The notes under the pieces are model-generated. The model was not told where the DNA came from. It searched no databases and was given only the letters and a program-made list of their open reading frames with translations. The position numbers and the translations under genes were made by a program. This document shows positions 21,184-30,683 of a stretch of 64,000 bases of DNA, in pieces (the stretch's first letter is position 1; every line of letters begins with the position of its first letter). The stretch is from an uncultured Candidatus Entotheonella sp. (lineage in GTDB: Bacteria > Tectomicrobia > Entotheonellia > Entotheonellales > Entotheonellaceae): positions 64,001 to 128,000 of the forward strand of contig CBDCDA010000001.1 in NCBI GenBank assembly GCA_965215335.1, given 5' to 3'.

Positions 21184-22326
21184 TCAGGCGTCGCGCAGAG
21201 CCGGCAGCACCTCCTTGCCGAACAACTCGATGCTCCGTACCGTGTCCTGGTGCGTCATGTAGCCGTCGTGGCTCCACAGGCACATGTGCCCGACGCCGAG
21301 CAGATCACGCACGTAGCGCAATTTCTCGATGACCTGATCCGGCGTACCGATCACCACCTGGTAGTTCTTCTGCGCCTCCTCGTAAGCCAGTGAGTCGAAG
21401 GCGCGCGACACCGCCCGCAGGCGCCGAATCCCCGCCACGTTGACGGTGGCGTATCCCGGCGGCGCCATCCACTCGCGCGGTTGCTTGTTCAGCGCGCCAT
21501 TCTGCCAGAAGAAGTTCTTGCCTTGTTCCTGGGCGTGCGCCTCGGTGTCCGACACGAAGCAGCGAATCAGATAGCCGATGTTCTCCGGCTGCATCTCGTA
21601 GCCCACCTCTTCGGCCGTTTCGCGGTATATCTGGATGAGTTCCTGGGTCTGTTCCAGGAACGACCCGAGCACGATGTACGGGTAGCGGTGCTGGGCGGCC
21701 CAGACGACCGTTTCCGGGCTGGCGGTGCCGGGCACCATGATGGGCGGGTGCGGCTTCTGGAGCGGCAGCGCCCACGGATTCACCACGCGATACTGAAAAT
21801 GCCTGCCCTCCCAGCGAAACGGTCCGGGGCGGGTCCAGGCCGCAATGATGAGGTCGTGGGCTTCCTCGAAACGCTCGCGGTTGTGCGCCGGATTGACGTT
21901 GTTCGCCAGGCTCTCCACACCGCCGCCGCGCACCACCCCGGAGACCAGCCGGCCGCGCGAGATGCAGTCGATCATGGCCAGTTCCTCAGCCAGACGCAGC
22001 GGGTTGTCGACCACCGGCAGGGGATTGCCCAGCATGACGATCTTGGCGCGCCGGGTGATCTTGGCCAGCACCGCGCCGGTGATGTTGATCGACGCCTGCA
22101 TGCAGAACGGCGCCGTGTGGTGCTCGTTGATCATGATGCCGTCGAAGCCGACTTCGTCCGCGACCTGGTATTCGTCGTGATAGCGGTTGTAGAGCTCGCT
22201 GGCAAGCTCTGCATCGTACAGGCTGTTGGGCAGGGTCAGGCGCAGGGCCGGGTGCTCTGCCTGTACCGAGGGGTCGTAGCCGGTGTAGGGTTGCTCGGTG
22301 AAATAGTAGTACTGGGTGGTGGACAT
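21184..22326 (-). CDS. LLM-class flavin-dependent oxidoreductase
   Basis: GFDGIMINEHH, RLAEELAMIDCISRGRL, PLQKPHPPI. Confidence 0.92.
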   Translation of the reverse strand: MSTTQYYYFTEQPYTGYDPSVQAEHPALRLTLPNSLYDAELASELYNRYHDEYQVADEVGFDGIMINEHHTAPFCMQASINITGAVLAKITRRAKIVMLGNPLPVVDNPLRLAEELAMIDCISRGRLVSGVVRGGGVESLANNVNPAHNRERFEEAHDLIIAAWTRPGPFRWEGRHFQYRVVNPWALPLQKPHPPIMVPGTASPETVVWAAQHRYPYIVLGSFLEQTQELIQIYRETAEEVGYEMQPENIGYLIRCFVSDTEAHAQEQGKNFFWQNGALNKQPREWMAPPGYATVNVAGIRRLRAVSRAFDSLAYEEAQKNYQVVIGTPDQVIEKLRYVRDLLGVGHMCLWSHDGYMTHQDTVRSIELFGKEVLPALRDA

Positions 22327-22379
22327 GGAGCGCTCCTTACGGTGGTGGGTACGCGCGGCGGGCGGGTTTCGCAACCCGC

Positions 22380-23174
22380 TCACGGGGCCAGGAACGTCTG
22401 GATCACGGTGGCAAGCTCCTCGGGTCGCTCGAACTGCGGCCAGTGGCCGCAGCGTTCGATCTGATGCAGGGCAGCGCCCGGGATGGCTTGCTGATACAAC
22501 CGGCCGCACTCCGGCGGGATGATGGGGTTGTCGGCGCCCCACACCACCAGGGTCGGCAGCGAAACCTTGCCCAGCATGCCCGGCAGCGCCGCGTCGTACA
22601 TGAAGGGCCGGAAGCACATGCGGATCGACATGGTGCGCCCGGCTTCACGCGGACCGCCGAACTCCTGCCACTCACCGCCGTACAGCCGGTGGTACGCCGG
22701 GCACGCCTCGGCGTCGTAAAAGCCGCGCTCGATCACTTGCTTCCAGGGAAGGATGAAGATGTCGAGGATGTCGCTTTGCTGCGGGCGAATACCGGCGGCG
22801 TTCACCAGAACCAGGCGGCGCAGATTCTGCGGGCACAGGATGGCCATCTGCGCGGCGATCCAGCCGCCGATGCCGAAGCCTGCGACGTCCAGCCCGGCCA
22901 GCCCCGCCCGCTCGATAAACCAGTGATAGAAGACGGCCTGGTGCGCGATGGTTTCCAGCCAGTCGGGCCGCGCCGTCTCGCCGTAACCCGGATGCGCCGG
23001 CGCGTACACGGTCGCCCTGGCCGCCAAGGCATCATGGAACGGCAGCCAGCCCTCGTGCCCCTCGACGCCGTGCAGTATCAGAAGAGGGCGACCTGCGCCC
23101 CCCTTCAACAGGTACAGCTCGGTGTCGGCAAGCGCCATGCGTTCTTCCTGGTATGCCTGTGCCGCTGTCGTCAT
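22380..23174 (-). CDS. Alpha/beta hydrolase fold protein
   Basis: LILHG, GFGIGGW (Gly in place of the usual nucleophile Ser), PTLVVWG, CGHWP. Confidence 0.85.
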   Translation of the reverse strand: MTTAAQAYQEERMALADTELYLLKGGAGRPLLILHGVEGHEGWLPFHDALAARATVYAPAHPGYGETARPDWLETIAHQAVFYHWFIERAGLAGLDVAGFGIGGWIAAQMAILCPQNLRRLVLVNAAGIRPQQSDILDIFILPWKQVIERGFYDAEACPAYHRLYGGEWQEFGGPREAGRTMSIRMCFRPFMYDAALPGMLGKVSLPTLVVWGADNPIIPPECGRLYQQAIPGAALHQIERCGHWPQFERPEELATVIQTFLAP

Positions 23175-23364
23175 TCGCCTTGCTCTCCTTGTCTGGATGC
23201 CTGCTCTCGATGCGCGGCAGTTTATCCGCAAGCTGTTACCGGCGCAAGACGCCTCGCCGAGGCGTCAGGCCGGGTGCCGGCAACACGCCTGCAAAAACGG
23301 GCTGGCATGATGATGTGGATCTGAGGATGACCTGGACGAGAGCGGTTGGGTGGGCTCGTTGGGT

Positions 23365-23811
23365 TCAGGGCGAGGGCGCGTCGGCGGTTTGCAACTGCTG
23401 CCTGATGACCTGGATCCGGCCTTCGTTGCGGGAGACGCGCTCGCTGAGCTTGCGAAGTTCCGACACGTCGTTTTCCAGGCGCTCGAGGCGCTGGTCCACG
23501 GCGTCGAAGCGCTGGTTGATGTACTTGTCCTGGGCGTCGAAACGCTGGTCGATGTGCTTGTCCTGAGCATCGAAGCGCTGGTCTACCGCGCCGAAGCGCT
23601 GGTTGATGTGCTTGTCTTGAGCATCGAAGCGCTGGTCTACCGCGCCGAAGCGCTGGTCGATGGCGTCGAAGCGCTGGTCGATGGCGTCGAAGCGCTGGTG
23701 AATGGGACTGAGGACGCCAAATTGGATAATTCCGGTGAGCACGGCGAGGATGCCGCCGATTGCCGCCAGGGTCGCCGCGTTTTCCTTGGTCCAGTTCCAT
23801 ATCTTCTGCAT
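23365..23811 (-). CDS. Membrane-anchored coiled-coil repeat protein
   Basis: GGAGG RBS, one TM helix, then QRFDAID / QRFDAQDKHIN repeats. Confidence 0.8.
   Translation of the reverse strand: MQKIWNWTKENAATLAAIGGILAVLTGIIQFGVLSPIHQRFDAIDQRFDAIDQRFGAVDQRFDAQDKHINQRFGAVDQRFDAQDKHIDQRFDAQDKYINQRFDAVDQRLERLENDVSELRKLSERVSRNEGRIQVIRQQLQTADAPSP
23485..23700 (-). repeat. Intragenic tandem repeat of 21-bp and 33-bp units
   Basis: Repeated GAAGCGCTGGT core on the plus strand. Confidence 0.9.
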
Positions 23812-23911
23812 AGGACCTCCAGGATAGTGGAATTTCCAAGGATTGTAACACGGGTTGAGGATTCTGGTTCAGTTGGTGCCGGGCATGTCGACTTGACCAG
23901 GGCGTCATGGA

Positions 23912-24047
23912 TCGGTGTCGGCAAGCGCCATGCGCTCTCCCTGGCAAGCCTGTGCCGCTGTCGCCATTCGCCCGACTCTCCTTGTCTGGATGCCTGCTGC
24001 CTCAATGCGCGGCAGTGTGCTCCGCATGCCGCCACTGGCGCAAGACG
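23912..24047. repeat. Diverged direct-repeat copy of 23119-23251
   Basis: TCGGTGTCGGCAAGCGCCATGC...CTCTCCTTGTCTGGATGCCTGCT...GGCGCAAGACG present in both copies. Confidence 0.9.
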
Positions 24048-24176
24048 GCGTACATGGCCAAGCCGGTCAGTGGCTCACGACAACACGGGGGGGGTAAGCG
24101 CGCATGGCGTCCAAGGCGGCCGAATACGATATGCCCCGCCCGGTACTGCCCCACCGCTTGCGCAAACCGCAGTGGT

Positions 24177-24205
24177 TTGACAGCATCCAAGCCGCCCCTT
24201 ATAGT
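24177..24205 (+). promoter_or_regulatory. Sigma70 promoter for moaA
   Basis: TTGACA-N17-TATAGT. Confidence 0.65.
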
Positions 24206-24267
24206 CTGCGCAATGGTGCCGGCAGGGTTGAAAGCCGCCCGCTGCAAGCGTGATCCATCGAATCGAA

Positions 24268-25320
24268 ATGGCAATCATGGTCCCAGCAACCCCTCTCGCC
24301 GACGTGTTCGACCGGCCCATGACCAACCTGCGCCTGTCGGTCACCGACCGCTGCAATCTGCGCTGCCAGTATTGCATGCCCGAAGAGGACTACCTGTGGC
24401 TGCCGCGCGCGGACCTGCTGACGTTCGAGGAGATGAATACCCTGGTTCGCCTGTTTACCGAGCTGGGGGTGGAGAAAGTCCGCCTCACCGGCGGCGAACC
24501 ACTGTTGCGACGCGACCTGCCGCTGCTCATTCGCATGCTGGCCGCCAATCCGCGCCTCAACGACCTCGCGCTGACCACCAACGGCGTGCTGCTCGCCGAG
24601 CAGGCCGCCGACCTGCTGGCAGCAGGTCTGCACCGCGTGACCGTCAGCCTCGACACGCTGCGCCCGCAGCGCTTCACGGCCCTGACCCGCCGCACCACGC
24701 ACGCCCGCGTCCTGCAAGGCATCGAGGCGGCACGGGCGGTCGGATTCGAGGACCTGAAACTCGACACCGTGGCCATGCAGGGATACAACGACGACGAGCT
24801 CATCGACCTGATCGAATACGGCAAGCAGGTCGACGCCGAGGTGCGTTTCATCGAATACATGGACGTTGGCGGCGCCACCCATTGGCGCCTGGACAAGGTG
24901 CTGACGCGCGCCGACATTCTCGGCACGCTCTCCCGCCATTACGGCCCCATCACCCCGCTCAACGAAGACAGCCGCGCGCCCGCCGAGCGCTTCGCGTTGC
25001 CCGACGACACGGTCTTCGGCATCATCGCCTCCACCACGGCGCCGTTTTGCCGTTCGTGCGACCGCAGTCGCCTGACCGCCGACGGCATGTGGTACCTGTG
25101 CCTGTATGCCACCGACGGCCTCGACCTGCGCCAGCCGCTGCGCGCCGGCGTTTCCCCGGGGGCGCTCAGGTCGCTGCTCACGCGCACCTGGCAGAGCCGC
25201 GCGGCGCGCGGCGCCGAGGAGAGAAAAGCCCTCGAGCGGCACGGCGGCCGCGGCGCCCTCGTTCAGATCGAAGGACTGCGACAGGACCCCCACCTCGAAA
25301 TGCACACCCGCGGCGGCTGA
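24268..25320 (+). CDS. moaA: GTP 3',8-cyclase
   Basis: TDRCNLRCQYC, FCRSCDRSRLTADG...C, C-terminal GG. Confidence 0.95.
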   Translation: MAIMVPATPLADVFDRPMTNLRLSVTDRCNLRCQYCMPEEDYLWLPRADLLTFEEMNTLVRLFTELGVEKVRLTGGEPLLRRDLPLLIRMLAANPRLNDLALTTNGVLLAEQAADLLAAGLHRVTVSLDTLRPQRFTALTRRTTHARVLQGIEAARAVGFEDLKLDTVAMQGYNDDELIDLIEYGKQVDAEVRFIEYMDVGGATHWRLDKVLTRADILGTLSRHYGPITPLNEDSRAPAERFALPDDTVFGIIASTTAPFCRSCDRSRLTADGMWYLCLYATDGLDLRQPLRAGVSPGALRSLLTRTWQSRAARGAEERKALERHGGRGALVQIEGLRQDPHLEMHTRGG

Positions 25321-25458
25321 GCGGCCCCCCGCCAACCGTTTTTCCTGCCGCCGCCCATCAGATTGAATTTTCCTTTCGCTTGCGATTCGTATATAGTCAG
25401 CCCTTCAATCCCTCGCTGGCCCCCACCTGCCAGCAGCGCCGACGATCGGGGAGGGAGC

Positions 25459-27099
25459 ATGGCACGACAACGAGCGACGGGGGGCTTGAACTTCAAGCGG
25501 TGGTTCAAGGTTCACGTGTGGAGCGCCTTGGCTACCTTCGTCCTGATCGTATTCCTCGCCATTACCGGTGTCTTCATCTACCCCCTTGATCAGTTCCGAC
25601 TGCGCGATGTCCATATCCAGTCCGCCTTGCTGCCGCCGCGCTACGAGGTCAACACCTGGGGCGAGCACGTCGAGTCCATCGCGATTACCGACAAGGCCTG
25701 GTTCGCCACGCACCGGCAGGGCGTTTTCCGCAGCCTCGACAGGGGCCGGACATGGCAGGACGTGACCGACGACATCCCCGGCGATTTCGTGGCCGGGGAG
25801 GGCTTGTATCTCCCCGTGCTGGCCGCCAATCCCAGCGACACGCAGATGCTGATGGTCAGCAAGGGCCGCGGCATTGCCTTGTCGATGAACGGCGGCGAGG
25901 ACTGGGCGCCGTACGGGGAGTCCTACGACGAGGATCTGTCGGCCAGCGGCATCGTGCAACTGAGCTTCGCGCCCGGGGGCGTGGCGGTGGCCATCGACGA
26001 GAACGGCTTCGTCTACCAGCGCTTCATGCACCCGGACGAAGACGAGGGCTGGGAGCTCGCCTCCCTCGCCCCGCCGTTGGGCGAGACACAGGTCGTCGGC
26101 AAGCTGGATTGGACGACCGTGGCACTCAATCTGCACAACGGTCAGGTGTTCCTGGAAAACGACTGGTGGTGGGTGAACCACGCCTTTGCGCTGCTGCTCA
26201 TCGGGCTCGCCTACACGGGCGTGACGCTGTGGTGGCGCCGCACGCAGAAACGGCGGTACGGCCTGAACACCCCGCGCCCGGCGAGTCACTGGTATTTCCG
26301 GCACCTGCATCGCGTCGGCGGCCTGGTCAGCTGGCCGCTGCTCTACCTGCTGCCGGTCAGCGGCGTCCTGCTGCTGCACATCGTCGATTTCTCCGTCTTT
26401 GCCCATCATGGCCCGCCGGCGGCGTGGTTCCCCGAACGTTTCGACACGAACCGCTGGAAGGGTCCGGTCTACCTGAATCTGCGCGCCCTGGCGATCAGCC
26501 GCAGCAACCCGGCCCACATGTGGGCCGGTCATACCTACGGCCTGTTCGCTACCGAGGATGGCGGGGAGACCTGGACGCCGGTCGGCGAGACGTTCAGTGC
26601 CGAGGTTCTCAAGCACATCGATCACCTGTACGTCGGCCCCGGCTGGGTGAATTACCTGTACGTCGGCAACGCGCGCGGCCTGCAGGTGAGCCGCAATTTC
26701 GGCGGCCAGTGGACACGCCTGCTGGAGCAGCCCATCGACGCGCTGTACGCCGACCGTCAGGCGTTGCATGTGGTTTCCGGCAATACCCTGTTGTCGCAGC
26801 GGATGACCAGCCTGGTCGCGCTCAAGCCGCCGCCGTGGGCGGAAACGCCCTTGGCGCCGCCCTACGGTCCGCAGCGCTCGGTGCGGGCCACCACGCTGTA
26901 CCAGCTGCTGCACGATGCCCACAGCGGCGAGCTGTTCGGAACCTGGTTCAAGTACGTGTTGGACGTTGTCGCCATTCTCATGATGGTGCAAGCCGTAACG
27001 GGTCTGGTATTGTGGGTGGTTCCGCGCTGGCGCCGGTGGCGGGCCCGGCATCAGACTCGCGAGAGGAGATTCGCGCATGCAGCCCATGCCAGCAATTGA
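25459..27099 (+). CDS. Tandem PepSY-associated TM / BNR (Asp-box) protein
   Basis: Two units of H.W..ITG TM, Asp-boxes (SLDRGRTW, SMNGGEDW, TEDGGETW, SRNFGGQW) and LH.G TM. Confidence 0.75.
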   Translation: MARQRATGGLNFKRWFKVHVWSALATFVLIVFLAITGVFIYPLDQFRLRDVHIQSALLPPRYEVNTWGEHVESIAITDKAWFATHRQGVFRSLDRGRTWQDVTDDIPGDFVAGEGLYLPVLAANPSDTQMLMVSKGRGIALSMNGGEDWAPYGESYDEDLSASGIVQLSFAPGGVAVAIDENGFVYQRFMHPDEDEGWELASLAPPLGETQVVGKLDWTTVALNLHNGQVFLENDWWWVNHAFALLLIGLAYTGVTLWWRRTQKRRYGLNTPRPASHWYFRHLHRVGGLVSWPLLYLLPVSGVLLLHIVDFSVFAHHGPPAAWFPERFDTNRWKGPVYLNLRALAISRSNPAHMWAGHTYGLFATEDGGETWTPVGETFSAEVLKHIDHLYVGPGWVNYLYVGNARGLQVSRNFGGQWTRLLEQPIDALYADRQALHVVSGNTLLSQRMTSLVALKPPPWAETPLAPPYGPQRSVRATTLYQLLHDAHSGELFGTWFKYVLDVVAILMMVQAVTGLVLWVVPRWRRWRARHQTRERRFAHAAHASN

Positions 27100-27781
27100 T
27101 GCTCAGCATCCCGTTCGCACCCCGCTCACCCGCGTCGCCGGCTTCGCCTGCGCGGCGCTCCTGCTGATGTCGGCCGGCGCCGGCTTCGTGCACGCCGCCA
27201 AACGGACCGCTCCGCCGGCGCAGGCCGTCAAGGCATTCGCGGCCGCCAAGGACGGCGGCGACGGCGCGGCCATTCTCGCTCTCTACGACCAATATGCCGC
27301 GCAGGACGACAAGGCCGGTGCCTTGGCGATCCTTTATGCCGGGCTAGGGGAGGCGGTACTGCAGGATTGCGACGATCAGCAAGCCCGGCCGCTCCTCGAC
27401 GCGGCGCAGGCGGCGCTGCTGAACATGACGGACAAGGCCGCCCGCAAGGAAATCTACAAGGCGGTGCGCCGACATCTCGACTGGCGCGTGCGCGCCATGC
27501 TGCTTAATATTGCGCGCCTCCGTTACCCAGAGGAAAGACGGGCGGAAAAAGCCATCCTCATCGCGCTGACCGATCACGTGGACGCCGTCGCCATCCGGGC
27601 TGTTGAAATCGCCGTGGAACTGGAGATCAAGCGCGCCGTGCCCAAGCTCATCAAGCTCGTCATGGACAAGTGGGGGCAGCACGTCGGCGTCGGCGCCGCC
27701 AAGGCCAAGGTGGCGCTGGAGCAACTGACCGGTCATACGAAACCGACGGCGTGGTACGAATGGGTCAGCCGGAACCTGTGA
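27077..27781 (+). CDS. Exported HEAT-repeat-like hypothetical protein
   Basis: Signal peptide; ILIALTD..DAVAIRAV..L and AVPKLIKL HEAT-like helices. Confidence 0.55.
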   Translation: MQPMPAIDAQHPVRTPLTRVAGFACAALLLMSAGAGFVHAAKRTAPPAQAVKAFAAAKDGGDGAAILALYDQYAAQDDKAGALAILYAGLGEAVLQDCDDQQARPLLDAAQAALLNMTDKAARKEIYKAVRRHLDWRVRAMLLNIARLRYPEERRAEKAILIALTDHVDAVAIRAVEIAVELEIKRAVPKLIKLVMDKWGQHVGVGAAKAKVALEQLTGHTKPTAWYEWVSRNL

Positions 27782-28752
27782 GGCGGCCGCTTGCTTTCCT
27801 GGGCGCTTTGGCGCTCTGCGTCGCCTTCGGGTATCCCGTCTGGGCCGATACCGGCTGGTTCGGGGAGCGCATGCCCGACGTCCTGGTCACCGGCGTGGCG
27901 CACGGTGACTATGTTCATAGCGGCGACGGCGCCGCTATGGTGTACGTGCCGGCAGGATACTTTCTGCGTGGCACCGCCAGGGCACGGGCGGAGGCGTTGA
28001 GCCGGCAGTTCGGGGACTTCTTCATGGTTGAAACGCCGCAGCGCTCGATTTACCTGTCGGCCTACTACATCGACAAGTTCGAGGTCACGAACCGGCAATA
28101 CGGCATGTTTCTGGAGGCGCTCAAACGCGGCGACCGCCACTCCCTGCACCCCGACGCGCCATTCGACAAGGACTATACCCCGACCTACTGGCGCGACAGC
28201 CGCCTCAACGGTCCCGATCACCCGGTCACCGCGGTGGACTGGTACGACGCCGATGCCTACTGTCGCTGGGCCGGCAGGGAACTGCCCACCGAAGCGCAGT
28301 GGGAAAAGGCGGCGCGCGGCCCGGACGGGCTGGCGTATCCGTGGGGCGATGCCTGGCGGGCAGATTACTCCAACAACGTCGAATCGACGTTCGGGCACCC
28401 GGTTCTCGGCGACCGGCAATGGGTGCTGCTGCTGGGAAATCTGGACCTCGACGCCATGACGGGGTTTACCCGGCCGGTCGGCAGCTTCCCGCAAGGCATC
28501 AGTCCCTACGGCGCGCACGACATGGGCGGCAACCTCTGGGAGTGGGTCCGCGACCGTTACATCAAGGACTCCTACCACGCGGCGCCGTCACACGATCCAC
28601 CCGGACCGACGAACGTCTCGCCGTATCGCGTGCTGCGCGGTGGCTGCTGGAGCAGCCACCGTGGTAAAATCCGCGCCGCCTACCGCAATTACGACCTGGC
28701 TGCCGACCGCCACCTGGAAATCGGCTTCCGCTGCGCCTTGGCAGCCGAATAA
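27778..28752 (+). CDS. Formylglycine-generating-enzyme (SUMF1/PvdO) domain protein
   Basis: IDKFEVTN, LPTEAQWEKAARG, DMGGNLWEW, RVLRGG, GFRC. GTGA overlap with the upstream stop. Confidence 0.88.
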   Translation: MRRPLAFLGALALCVAFGYPVWADTGWFGERMPDVLVTGVAHGDYVHSGDGAAMVYVPAGYFLRGTARARAEALSRQFGDFFMVETPQRSIYLSAYYIDKFEVTNRQYGMFLEALKRGDRHSLHPDAPFDKDYTPTYWRDSRLNGPDHPVTAVDWYDADAYCRWAGRELPTEAQWEKAARGPDGLAYPWGDAWRADYSNNVESTFGHPVLGDRQWVLLLGNLDLDAMTGFTRPVGSFPQGISPYGAHDMGGNLWEWVRDRYIKDSYHAAPSHDPPGPTNVSPYRVLRGGCWSSHRGKIRAAYRNYDLAADRHLEIGFRCALAAE

Positions 28753-28792
28753 CGATTGCTTGCACCGCTCATTTTCACAAGGAGAACACCCC

Positions 28793-29443
28793 ATGCCAAC
28801 CAAGGGCACCGGTATCTTTCTGGTCTACACGGACGTCGACTCGCGACACGAAGACGAATTCAACGACTGGTACAATACCGAGCACCTCCCCGAATTGCTC
28901 GCCGTGCCCGGCATTCTGGCCGCGGCGCGCTACGAAGCCGTCAAGGGCGGTCCGAAGTACCTCGCCGCCTACGAGATCGAAAATACCGATGTCCTGCAAA
29001 CCCCGGCCTTCAAGAACCGCCCTCGCACCCCGTGGGGCGAGCGCGTGTCGCCCACCGTCATCGGCAGGAACCTGACCCGCGTCGTCGGCCAGCAGATTTT
29101 CCCCGAGCAGGCGGAAATGCCGGAGCGCAGCATGGCCCCCTGCCTGCAGATCGGCCGCATGTCGGTGCCGCAGGCGGTCGACGCCGAATGGAACGCCTGG
29201 TACAGCGACGAATACGTGCCCGGCTACCGCAAGGTGCCGGGAGTCATCTACGCCCGCCGCTACCGCGTCATCGACGGCGCCATCGGCTACGCCACCGTCT
29301 ACGAATTCGAGCACGACAAGGTCCCCGAGACCGACGCCTGGCACGACCAGCGCCAGAATTCCTCGCCGAGATCCGAACGCATGCGGCAGGCCATGACGCA
29401 CGCCGAGGGCTCGCCGGGCGTTTATCGTCGCACCGATCCTTAG
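28793..29443 (+). CDS. Tandem dimeric alpha-beta barrel (DUF4286/EthD-like) protein
   Basis: Duplicated EFNDWYNTEHLP..LAVPG / EWNAWYSDEYVP..KVPG. Confidence 0.75.
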   Translation: MPTKGTGIFLVYTDVDSRHEDEFNDWYNTEHLPELLAVPGILAAARYEAVKGGPKYLAAYEIENTDVLQTPAFKNRPRTPWGERVSPTVIGRNLTRVVGQQIFPEQAEMPERSMAPCLQIGRMSVPQAVDAEWNAWYSDEYVPGYRKVPGVIYARRYRVIDGAIGYATVYEFEHDKVPETDAWHDQRQNSSPRSERMRQAMTHAEGSPGVYRRTDP

Positions 29444-29456
29444 AAATTTGGCGGCA

Positions 29457-29550
29457 CGTCACCCTGGCGAAAAGCCTCTCCCCCGCACTTGACAGGGGGC
29501 CGGGGGCAGAGGTTTTTCACCGCCGGATTCCGGCTTTTGCCGGAAGGACC
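29457..29550. repeat. REP-like intergenic palindromic element
   Basis: GTCACCCTGGCGAAAAGCC...GGATTCCGGCTTTTGCCGGAA nested hairpins. Confidence 0.55.
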
Positions 29551-29611
29551 AGGAGAACATGTCGGCCATTCATGCGGAGGAACCTGTTCCCCGTCACCCG
29601 GAGGCCACCCG

Positions 29612-30631
29612 ATGCCAACCCAACTCTACGTCTCACTGCAAGGCGACGATTGCATCCGCCGCTTCGACCTGGACCCACAAACCGGCAGGCTCGACCCTCT
29701 TGATCCGGTCGCCGCTCCCGGTGGACCGGCTCCCATGGCGGTCGACCCGCGGGGCCGATTCTTGCATGTCGGTCGCCGCGGCGTCTGTCAGGTGTCCAGC
29801 TTTCGCATCGACCCGCAGACCGGCAACCTGGTCCTGATCGGCGTCGTGCCGCTCGACGCCGAACCTTGTTACCTGGCCATGGACCAGCAAGGCAAATTTC
29901 TGTTTTCCGCCTATTACGCTGCCGGCAAGGCCGCGGTGCACCCCGTTGACGGCAACGGCGCTGTCAGCACCCCACCCATCGAATGGCTGGATACCGCCAC
30001 CGGCGCGCATGCCCTGCAGACGGACCCGAGCAACCGGTTTGCCTTCGTACCTCACATCGCGGGCAATGGTCCCAATGCAATTTTTCAGTTTCGCTTCGAC
30101 GCGCAAACGGGCCGTCTGATCCCCAACACCCCCGCCCGGCTCACCCCGCCTGAGCCGGTGGGACCGCGGCACTTCTGCTTTCATCCCCGCAAGGCCATCG
30201 TGTATGTTTCCAACGAGCAGGGTTGCAGCGTCACCGCCTACGCGCTCGACACCGCGGCGGGCACGCTGAGCGCTTTGCAAACTGTTTCCACCCTACCGGA
30301 AGACTTCGACGGTGACAACACCTGCGCCCAGATACACATGACGCCGTCGGGTCGCATGCTCTTCGCCCCGAACCGCGGCCACAACAGCATGGCCTGCTTC
30401 GCCGTTGACGCCGACACGGGCGCCCTGGCACCCACCGACCGCATTGCCACCGAACCCGTACCGCGCGCCTTCGGGATCGATCCCAGCGGCGAGTTTCTCT
30501 ACGCCGCCGGCCTCGAATCCGGCCGTCTCGCCGCCTACCGTATCGACGCCGATAACGGCACCCTGCATCACCTGGACACCTGCGACGTCGGCAGCACCCC
30601 CATGTGGGTGACGATTCTGTCGCGTCCGTAA
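29612..30631 (+). CDS. pgl: 6-phosphogluconolactonase-like lactonase (YbhE)
   Basis: GAH, GPRHFCFHP, NRGHNS, PRAFGIDP. Confidence 0.8.
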   Translation: MPTQLYVSLQGDDCIRRFDLDPQTGRLDPLDPVAAPGGPAPMAVDPRGRFLHVGRRGVCQVSSFRIDPQTGNLVLIGVVPLDAEPCYLAMDQQGKFLFSAYYAAGKAAVHPVDGNGAVSTPPIEWLDTATGAHALQTDPSNRFAFVPHIAGNGPNAIFQFRFDAQTGRLIPNTPARLTPPEPVGPRHFCFHPRKAIVYVSNEQGCSVTAYALDTAAGTLSALQTVSTLPEDFDGDNTCAQIHMTPSGRMLFAPNRGHNSMACFAVDADTGALAPTDRIATEPVPRAFGIDPSGEFLYAAGLESGRLAAYRIDADNGTLHHLDTCDVGSTPMWVTILSRP

Positions 30632-30683
30632 GGTATTCCCTCCCTCATTTGCCGGAAAGGGTCAGGGAAGGAGGAATTCGCCA

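Noticed and set aside
23485..23700. Possible CRISPR array
   Set aside because: The repeats are in-frame coding units with no unique spacers, and there are no cas genes.
24206..24267. Moco riboswitch upstream of moaA
   Set aside because: The leader after the promoter is only about 60 nt. A GAAA hairpin is present but other motif elements are not evident.
27778..28752. FGE/C-type-lectin protein as a DGR target
   Set aside because: No template repeat or intact RT in the window; the RT scrap at 48.7 kb is group II intron-like.
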